NCBI GenBank assembly: GCA_016205145.1
Contig: JACQJH010000001.1
Location: 580,964 to 612,963 of the forward strand
Reading direction: 5' to 3'
Source: Candidatus Iainarchaeum sp.
GTDB lineage: Archaea; Iainarchaeota; Iainarchaeia; Iainarchaeales; JACQJH01
Length of the DNA stretch: 32,000 nt
Shown: piece after piece, positions 19,779 to 30,147 of the stretch
Layout: every line of letters begins with the position of its first letter
How positions within the stretch are numbered: position 1 is the first letter of the stretch
The notes under the pieces: generated by a model
The model's database searches: none
What the model was told of the DNA's origin: nothing
Seen by the model: only the letters and a program-made list of their open reading frames with translations
Position numbers and translations under genes: made by a program

Positions 19779-19968
19779 CCCTTACATTTTTGTTTGAAAT
19801 GCCTGCCGCCATGCCGCGCAATTCCTTCAAGGTGCCGATTTTGACAAGCTCTATCGAATTGCCTTTTTCTATTATTGCGAGCTTCTCACCCGCTTTCAGG
19901 TTCAGGTTCTGCCTCGCTTTCTTTGGAATGACAAGTTGGAATTTGCTTGATAAAGTCACAGTTTCCAT
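19756..19968 (-). CDS. vapB: AbrB/SpoVT-family antitoxin
   Basis: 70 aa. The block LSSKFQLVIPKKARQNLNLKAGEKLAI is a typical swapped-hairpin AbrB/MazE motif. The gene lies directly upstream of the PIN gene. Confidence 0.85.
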   Translation of the reverse strand: METVTLSSKFQLVIPKKARQNLNLKAGEKLAIIEKGNSIELVKIGTLKELRGMAAGISNKNVRDESERFD

Positions 19969-20001
19969 AAAACCACAGCAATATTATCGGCAAAAAGGCA
20001 G

Positions 20002-20046
20002 ATAAATCTTACCTTTTGTCTATCGAACATGTTTTGTAAGATTTAT
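20002..20046. repeat. perfect 11-bp inverted repeat ATAAATCTTAC / GTAAGATTTAT with a 23-nt spacer
   Basis: Arms at 20002-20012 and 20036-20046. It lies between the dinB stop, which it overlaps, and the vapB start. Confidence 0.8.
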
Positions 20047-21152
20047 GTGAAATCGCCAAGGCTTTTCTGGGTTTTCGCACCTTGCACGTGCCGGACTTCT
20101 TTTTCCGACAGGCCCGACAACGATATTCCGGCGCGGCGCAGGGCAAGGCCCCTGTTTTGTTCGAAAAGCCTTTCAAAAAGCTCTTTTGCAGTCGCATTAA
20201 TTGCCTGCAGGCCGTCAGTGGCAGCTTCCAGGGTTTTCGCGCGCGAAAACGATTCCAGTTTGTCGGAAATGCCGATTATTGACACGGTTTTGAAGGAAAC
20301 GCCCTGTTTTTGCACGCGCTTATGCAGGTCTTCGGCAAGCCCTTCAATGAATTCCGCAACGTCTTTTGCATTTACGGCATCCTTTTTCATTGTGCCGATG
20401 CGCGACAACTGCTTCCTTTCATGCTCCTCGACTTCGCGTGAATCCCTGCCTTCAGCAAACTCCTTGAAAAGCAGCGCGCGCTTTTCGCCGCAGATTCCCT
20501 CAAGGCGTGCAAGGCTGAAACTGTGCAAATCCTTCACGGTCTTGACGCCTTTTTCCGCCAATGCTTCCGAAGTTTTCGGGCCGATGCCGGGAATCTTGTC
20601 AGCGGGCATCGGAAACAGGAATTCTTTCTCATGGCCGGCTTCAATGACAGTTAAGCCTGCTGGCTTCTTGAATCCGGAGGCGATTTTTGCGACCATCTTG
20701 TTCGAGGCGACGCCCACACTGCAAGTGAGCTTTTCCTTTTGCAAAAGTTCCGCCTTTATGTGTTCAGCGATTTTTTTGCCTTCGCCGATTTTGCCGTCTG
20801 CTCTTTGGGAGACATCAAGATAGGCCTCATCGATTGAAACCTGTTCAAATGCATCCGCATTTTTTCGAAAAATCGCCATTATGCGGTCGGACACCTTTTT
20901 GTAATGATCCCTGTCCGCCTTGAGAAAAGCGGTTTCCGCATTCGCCCTTTTTTTCGCGAATGCGAGCGGCATTCCGGAATGGATGCCGAGGGCGCGGGCC
21001 TCATAATTGCAGGTAGCCACTGCACCGGAAGTTTCGGTGCGGCCAGAATACATTCCCACGACAAGCGGCCTGCCTTTCAGCTTCGGGTTCCGCAGTTCTT
21101 CCAGCTGGGCATAAAAGTAGTCCAAGTCAATGTGCAGGATTATGCGCGGCAT
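20043..21152 (-). CDS. dinB: Y-family DNA polymerase IV (Dpo4/DinB)
   Basis: N-terminus ILHIDLDYFYAQLEEL...RPLVV and the little-finger region. ATG 21152 lies about 27 nt downstream of a TATA box. The track ORF starts at TTG 21173. Confidence 0.9.
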   Translation of the reverse strand: MPRIILHIDLDYFYAQLEELRNPKLKGRPLVVGMYSGRTETSGAVATCNYEARALGIHSGMPLAFAKKRANAETAFLKADRDHYKKVSDRIMAIFRKNADAFEQVSIDEAYLDVSQRADGKIGEGKKIAEHIKAELLQKEKLTCSVGVASNKMVAKIASGFKKPAGLTVIEAGHEKEFLFPMPADKIPGIGPKTSEALAEKGVKTVKDLHSFSLARLEGICGEKRALLFKEFAEGRDSREVEEHERKQLSRIGTMKKDAVNAKDVAEFIEGLAEDLHKRVQKQGVSFKTVSIIGISDKLESFSRAKTLEAATDGLQAINATAKELFERLFEQNRGLALRRAGISLSGLSEKEVRHVQGAKTQKSLGDFT

Positions 21153-21175
21153 GCAAATAAATTTGGCCGCCAAAG

Positions 21176-21183
21176 TTTAAAAT
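21176..21183 (-). promoter_or_regulatory. TATA box for dinB (minus-strand reading GATTTTAAAC)
   Basis: The centre is about 27 nt upstream of ATG 21152. Confidence 0.45.
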
Positions 21184-21238
21184 CGCGGCTGGTGCGCCTT
21201 TCACCTGATTGCGGTGCTTGTTTTTCAAACAGCCCTGA

Positions 21239-21874
21239 TTACTTTTTAACAAAAACAAGCAATTCAGGAGATTCTCTGAATGTTCCGGCAACCAATGCGG
21301 GATTGTCCAAAAGCTGCAAAAGCCATTCCGGAGCGTTCCGTCTGGCATTTGCACTTATTTTTCCTCTAATGTTAAGTGGAATATTGGAAAACCATGCGGG
21401 GCGTTGCGTCTTGTTGTGCAGTTCTTCCATGCCATTCGCCGAAAGCACTCGTTCGCGCGCATCTGAACGCTTATTGTGCAGGTCGTGCATAATCACCAAG
21501 TGCCCGCCGGGCTTCAAAACCCTCACTGCTTCGGCAATGATTTTTTCAACTTCGGAGTTGGGCAGTTCCTTCAATTCTTCTGCATTCAGGACGTTGTTGA
21601 AGTGCACGCTGTCAAAATGGCTGTCAGGAAAGTTTAGTCGCTGTGCCTCCATTGAATGGACTTCGACCCCTTGGGACATTAGGTCTTCCCGCACATGCCT
21701 GAGCTCTGCTTTGGCGCCATGCTTTAAATGTGCGGGAATCCCGTTCAAAAAATGTCTTGAGGAATCAATCGCCACGTAATGCGTATCAGGGGGGAGACTG
21801 GCCCCGTTAAACCTGAGCCTTGTTATGAGCGGGCAGTTTCCGTGTCCCACTTCAAGAATTCTGCGTTCAGGCAT
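21239..21874 (-). CDS. class I SAM-dependent methyltransferase-like protein
   Basis: Motif I variant RILEVGHGNCP, plus RVLKPGGHLVIMHD (post-III/IV block). Confidence 0.65.
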   Translation of the reverse strand: MPERRILEVGHGNCPLITRLRFNGASLPPDTHYVAIDSSRHFLNGIPAHLKHGAKAELRHVREDLMSQGVEVHSMEAQRLNFPDSHFDSVHFNNVLNAEELKELPNSEVEKIIAEAVRVLKPGGHLVIMHDLHNKRSDARERVLSANGMEELHNKTQRPAWFSNIPLNIRGKISANARRNAPEWLLQLLDNPALVAGTFRESPELLVFVKK

Positions 21875-22042
21875 TCCTATCGCTCCGGCAGTAGTATTAT
21901 TGGTGCCGGCTATTTATGCTTATAGGCTTGCTTTTTGTTTTGGTTGACGCGTTTGGCCTTCCGCAGGCTAGGGCGCAAAAATTGCATGGAAGCTTTTGCT
22001 TTGCGCAAAACCTTGGAAAATGGCTTGCGCAGAAGCTTTTTT

Positions 22043-22071
22043 TGCATAGGCATTTATCCCAAGCGGTTCCG
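22043..22071 (-). other. 3' arm of the 23S processing stem (bulge-helix-bulge)
   Basis: Complementary to 25119-25147. Pairing gives a 10-bp helix, the 3-nt bulge UAA, a 4-bp helix (UCCC/GGGA), the 3-nt bulge ACA, and an 11-bp helix. Confidence 0.8.
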
Positions 22072-22111
22072 GACGGACTTTCGTTTCATTGTTCGCATAA
22101 CAATTAACTCT

Positions 22112-25080
<2,969 letters not shown>

Positions 25081-25118
25081 AAAGCCAGAAATAACGAACA
25101 ATGAATGAACTTTCTGTT

Positions 25119-25147
25119 CGGAACCGCTTTGTGGGAATGCCTATGCA
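25119..25147 (-). other. 5' arm of the 23S processing stem (bulge-helix-bulge)
   Basis: See 22043-22071. Confidence 0.8.
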
Positions 25148-25557
25148 TGGGGGCAACTTCGTTTCCCCCTATTACCCCCTTCCTCTTTTGAGAACGTAGG
25201 AGATAAAAGAAAGAAAACAATGCTACTCCCCCATAGCCTTCCCCTTGCGGAAAAAGCCATGGTTTGCTTCCATGAAAACTCCTTTCAGAGAACTAATCAT
25301 GGGAGGGCCAACGGCCCAGGTAAACGCACTGATGAAAACCGCAAATGCGGAAAAAAATATGATTTTACTTCTTCGCTTTCTTCTTCGGCCAGCCCTTCGG
25401 CCTGGCTGCAGGCGCTTCAGGCTTTCCGCCAAAAACGCTTTTCACGAAATCCATGAAACCCATTGTTTCAGACTCCCTTTTTTTCTTTTTTTTTTACCCG
25501 GCACATTGCGAAAGCAATGCGCCTTGGTTTCGGCACACGCGCCCGAAAGCGCGTGCT

Positions 25558-25630
25558 TGGACCCGACGGGATTCGAACCCGTGGCCTCCGCGATGCAAAC
25601 GCGGCGCTCTACCAGCTGAGCTACAGGCCC
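25558..25630 (-). tRNA. tRNA-Ala (anticodon UGC), CCA not encoded
   Basis: The cloverleaf folds by hand. Acceptor stem GGGCCTG/CGGGTCC includes the G3:U70 alanine identity pair. D arm is GCTC..GAGC. Anticodon stem is CCGCG/CGCGG with loop TTTGCAT. T arm is ACGGG TTCGAAT CCCGT. Discriminator is A. Confidence 0.93.
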
Positions 25631-25890
25631 TGGCCGGTTTCGTCCGGCCGGTCCGAAGTTGAGGGTTTTCGCAATGCTCAAACCCTCTGCCGGCCAAAAC
25701 AATATGCCAGGAAGACTTTTGCCCAAACTGGTTTTTATCTTTTGTGCCACGGGCAAAGCCCGCGAATACCTATGATTTGCCAACCATTAAGCGGAATTGC
25801 TTTGACCTAGTGCTTACTCGGCGTTTTGCGAAGCAAAACGCCTTAGTTTCGCTTCACGCAGCCGAAACTGCGTGCGGTCGAAAGCGCGTT

Positions 25891-25918
25891 CGGGAAATTA
25901 TAGGTTTGACTCAGCAAG
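25891..25918 (-). other. 3' arm of the 16S processing stem (bulge-helix-bulge)
   Basis: Complementary to 27518-27545. Pairing gives helix CGGGAAA/UUUCCCG, the 3-nt bulge UAA, a 4-bp helix UAGG/CCUA, the 3-nt bulge CAA, and a 14-bp helix with one G.U pair. Confidence 0.8.
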
Positions 25919-25987
25919 AAAGTATGTGCGCAGTCGGGGCCGGCCGAAGCCGGCCCTTCCTGCTTTGCCTGAATTAATCAGGCAATA

Positions 25988-27475
<1,488 letters not shown>

Positions 27476-27517
27476 GGGTTTGAAACTTCAATAGAATTGG
27501 TTTGCTTGCATTTTTGG

Positions 27518-27545
27518 CTTGCTGAGCCAAATTGCCTATTTCCCG
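27518..27545 (-). other. 5' arm of the 16S processing stem (bulge-helix-bulge)
   Basis: See 25891-25918. Confidence 0.8.
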
Positions 27546-27844
27546 AGCCTTCCACTCAAACACAAACACGGTTTTTGCAAACCATGAAAGCATCTGGCAG
27601 GCATCATACCCAAAACAACTTGGGTACTCATGGAGACACGCAGCGCATTGCTTTTGCAATGCGCTTATCGCACCGTCCCGCCGAAACGGGACAGGCGTGC
27701 CTTTTGTGAGTTTAAACCAAGAGCGCCAAAAGGCACTCTTGGAATAAAAATCCCTAATTGCCATGCGTCAAATCGGACGTCATTGCATGGCAACAACAAA
27801 AACCGTACCGGTTTTTTTGCCCTATATACATGCACCACCCGCTC

Positions 27845-27910
27845 TTTAAAAACCTATCGGGCGGGCCGGGCTTGTTTAAAAAGTTCCAAGCGCGGGCTTT
27901 TGTTAAAAAA
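27845..27910 (-). promoter_or_regulatory. three TTTAAAAA-type boxes about 30 bp apart (27845-52, 27875-82, 27903-10): candidate tandem rRNA promoters
   Basis: Read on the minus strand, they match the TTTTTAAA boxes seen upstream of leuS, dinB and RNase P RNA. They lie 370-435 nt upstream of the 16S 5' end. Orientation is ambiguous because the box is nearly palindromic. Confidence 0.35.
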
Positions 27911-27953
27911 GCCCATAAATTGCTTTTTATGTTTTTCCGCCATAAATTTTCAA

Positions 27954-28427
27954 ATGACTAATGCGGATAAAGGGTATAATTTAGTCAAAAAACTCGATAA
28001 TGGAAAAATTGCTTGTTATCAATTTGAATTTGAAGGAAAACCTATTGCGGCATATATAGGGGTTACAGTTGCAAGTGAAAACAAAATTGGTGGAGGCGGG
28101 AAAGTGGGCGCAAATCCTCTTGACCCTTCAATAAGTGCCCAAGCTATGAAAGAAAACAAAACAGAATACCAATGGGAAAAATATACGACTTCTGCATTTG
28201 CGGCAACCCACCCAGAAATCAGAAGTAAGGAAGTAAGATTGGAATTAGATAGGAAAGTTACTCAGATTTCAGGAGTTGCTGTAATGAATGCTCCGATTCA
28301 AGAACTCCCGCCTAACCAAGCTATAATTACGCCTTCGGGGGCGCTTTTGTCTACTTCTACAGGAACACTTCAAGCCAATACTGATTTTACCCTTGATAAA
28401 CTAAAAAAACATTTTACTAAATATTGA
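27954..28427 (+). CDS. hypothetical protein (157 aa)
   Basis: ATG 27954 is the first start inside the AT-rich DNA. The upstream 108 codons of the track ORF run through the G+C-rich rRNA leader and look non-coding. No family recognised. Confidence 0.6.
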   Translation: MTNADKGYNLVKKLDNGKIACYQFEFEGKPIAAYIGVTVASENKIGGGGKVGANPLDPSISAQAMKENKTEYQWEKYTTSAFAATHPEIRSKEVRLELDRKVTQISGVAVMNAPIQELPPNQAIITPSGALLSTSTGTLQANTDFTLDKLKKHFTKY

Positions 28428-28446
28428 AACCATTTCTAAGCCCGCA

Positions 28447-28514
28447 TGCAGGAGACTGCAGGAGGAAGTCTTTTAAAGAGAAACACACACCTATAGTGCA
28501 GGAGAGTGCAGGAG
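28447..28514 (+). promoter_or_regulatory. four direct copies of TGCAGGAG in two pairs flanking a TATA-like box TTTTAAAG (28471-28478)
   Basis: Copies at 28447-54, 28457-64, 28497-504 and 28507-14. Spacing is 10 bp within each pair and 50 bp between pairs. The last copy also supplies an AGGAG ribosome-binding site 4 nt before ATG 28518. Confidence 0.7.
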
Positions 28515-28517
28515 ACA

Positions 28518-29429
28518 ATGTACCCAACTATACCTACTTTAGCCACATTACCAGAAGGCCTTAAACAAGCAGTGGCAGAAAATGACTTGCCATTAGAGGT
28601 AGCACTCCAATTAACCAAATTGAATAACCCGTTTGTAAACGAGAAAATGGTTCAAGTGATAAAAAGAAAAAAGAAATATGAAAGAGACCTTTTGAAAAAT
28701 GCTTTAGCTGCCGTTAAAAAAAGTAGCCAAATGAAAACCAAAATAAATGGATTAAAAAAAATAGTTGATTCAGGAATAACTCTCTCTTCGGTTTGGGATT
28801 TTGGTAACAGAGATAACTATGCAGGCGATGCAAATTTTTATGGAAATGCTCCAACCCAAGTCGTTGAACAGTGTATTCTGAGGCTTACTAAAGAAACTGA
28901 TTTCGTTGTAGACCCTATGGCTGGTTCTGGGACAACAATCGATGTATGTAAGGCATACAACCGAAAAGTCAAAGCGTTTGATTTAACTCCGACCAGAAAA
29001 GAAGTAGTCCAAAATGATAGTAGAAATATCCCTTTGAGAGATTTTTCTACAGATTTAGTTTTTCTTCATCCGCCTTATTGGGATATGGTGAAATACTCTA
29101 TAAAACAAAATGACATATCACGACTTCCTCTAAATAACTTTTTGGATAGTATGACCCAAATCATAAATGAATCTCAAAGAATTTTGAAAAAAGATAAATA
29201 TCTATGTATCTTGATAGGAGATATAGTAAGAAAAGGAAAATTTATTTCACTATCAAGAAAGTTATCAAACATTTGTGAGAACGCAGGATTAGAAGATGCT
29301 GGATACGCAATTAAGATTACAAAAGATTCTACCAGCCAAAGAAGAAGAGGAAAAGCTATATACGCAGAACTTGCGGCAACAAAAAATTTGAAGCAAAATC
29401 ACGATATAATTATGTTTTGGAAAAAATGA
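28518..29429 (+). CDS. SAM-dependent PPY-type amino-methyltransferase (probable DNA N6-A/N4-C methylase) with a ParB-HTH-like N-terminal segment
   Basis: Motif I FVVDPMAGSGTT lies about 52 aa before motif IV LVFLHPPYW, with acidic motif II/III residues between (KAFDL, QNDSRNIPL). The N-terminal LPEGLKQAVAENDLPLEVALQLTKL resembles the helix pair after the ParB HTH. The track start is GTG 28506; ATG 28518 is preferred. Confidence 0.8.
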   Translation: MYPTIPTLATLPEGLKQAVAENDLPLEVALQLTKLNNPFVNEKMVQVIKRKKKYERDLLKNALAAVKKSSQMKTKINGLKKIVDSGITLSSVWDFGNRDNYAGDANFYGNAPTQVVEQCILRLTKETDFVVDPMAGSGTTIDVCKAYNRKVKAFDLTPTRKEVVQNDSRNIPLRDFSTDLVFLHPPYWDMVKYSIKQNDISRLPLNNFLDSMTQIINESQRILKKDKYLCILIGDIVRKGKFISLSRKLSNICENAGLEDAGYAIKITKDSTSQRRRGKAIYAELAATKNLKQNHDIIMFWKK

Positions 29430-30143
29430 TTATTCTTTTGATATTTTTACCAATTCATTTTTTTGTTGTTCGGTTTTACTTTTTTCATATTCTTTTTTTC
29501 CATTCACAAATTCTTGAACTGCATTGTCAGGCAACGGGTGTACCCCTTTCCCATCAATTCGTGCCATTTTTATTTTTCCGCCTACGTCACCATCAATACT
29601 AATTGTTTCAACCATTGTTTTAGCAACTAAAAAACACATTTCATCTACTCCATAATTTTTATCATATTCTTTTGACAGGATATAACGTGCAATGAAGGGT
29701 TTGCCTTCAGCAACTGTATTATCCCCTCTTCCCGAGAAAAACAAATTTTCACTTCTTAAAACATAAATTTTTGGCATAACTTTAGTTTTTATTTTATCTA
29801 ACCCTGCGATAATTATTGTAACGCTTGGAAAACTTTTACTTCGTGGGTTTATAGTATCTGATATATGGGAAATTTCTTTTTTACAAAATCTTTTAAATTC
29901 AGAAACAACATCAGTTACATACCATTTTTTTGTTTTTGAATATTTATATTTAAAATCTTCTATTAACTGCATGGCTATCTCAGGGTCACCTGCAACTAGC
30001 GCACAAGAATAATCAGTCAATTGAATCATTTTTTGCGCAACTAAAGATTCCATTCTCGAACCGTCGTTATCTACCCACGTTCCTTTACTATCCGCAGCGA
30101 GAACTAAATAATCTTTTCCAGATACCGCAATAACAAGTGTCAT
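29430..30143 (-). CDS. stand-alone proteasome-beta/HslV-like Ntn peptidase
   Basis: Begins MTLVIAVSGKDYLVLAADSKGT. This places Thr directly after Met (Thr1) and Asp at mature position 17, with a QKMIQL lysine matching the Lys33 region. Overall length and block order resemble archaeal proteasome beta (my recollection of the Thermoplasma sequence). It has a K/E-rich C-terminal tail. Confidence 0.7.
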   Translation of the reverse strand: MTLVIAVSGKDYLVLAADSKGTWVDNDGSRMESLVAQKMIQLTDYSCALVAGDPEIAMQLIEDFKYKYSKTKKWYVTDVVSEFKRFCKKEISHISDTINPRSKSFPSVTIIIAGLDKIKTKVMPKIYVLRSENLFFSGRGDNTVAEGKPFIARYILSKEYDKNYGVDEMCFLVAKTMVETISIDGDVGGKIKMARIDGKGVHPLPDNAVQEFVNGKKEYEKSKTEQQKNELVKISKE

Positions 30144-30147
30144 ACTT

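Noticed and set aside
18712-21779. Plus-strand ORFs 18712-19398, 18906-19844, 20029-20823 and 20904-21779
   Set aside because: They lie opposite the methyltransferase, vapC, dinB and methyltransferase genes, which all carry recognisable motifs. Their translations are Cys/Ser/Phe/Arg-rich nonsense.
21875-22111. Search for a 5S rRNA downstream of 23S
   Set aside because: No segment on the minus strand shows the conserved 5S loop-A/helix-IV type sequence or a 5'/3' closing helix. The region contains only the 23S BHB arm and short hairpins. I cannot exclude a very divergent 5S without a covariance-model search.
25477-25497. Long oligo-T tract on the + strand (CTTTTTTTCTTTTTTTTTTA) as an rRNA terminator
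   Set aside because: The rRNA operon is transcribed from the minus strand, where this tract reads as oligo-A. It therefore cannot be the operon terminator. At most it would stop antisense (+) transcription.
25223-25783. Spacer ORFs 25223-25432 (-), 25245-25619 (+), 25442-25783 (-) and 25463-25810 (+)
   Set aside because: They overlap tRNA-Ala and the transcribed spacers. The translations are Arg/Pro-rich or low-complexity, with no start context. The separate 32-codon ORF with GGGAG is kept only as a low-interest finding.
27630-27953. N-terminal 108 codons of track ORF 27630-28427
   Set aside because: This part runs through the G+C-rich, hairpin-dense rRNA leader and promoter region and translates to R/C/T-rich sequence. 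The composition and a proper ATG indicate that the gene starts at 27954.
28790-28930. Reading the methyltransferase as a circularly permuted beta-class (PF01555-like) enzyme because SVWDF...VVDPMAGSGTT resembles that family's C-terminal block
   Set aside because: The downstream acidic motif II/III residues and the HPPY motif about 52 aa after motif I fit the ordinary linear I-II-III-IV Rossmann order. The resemblance is too short to support a permutation claim.
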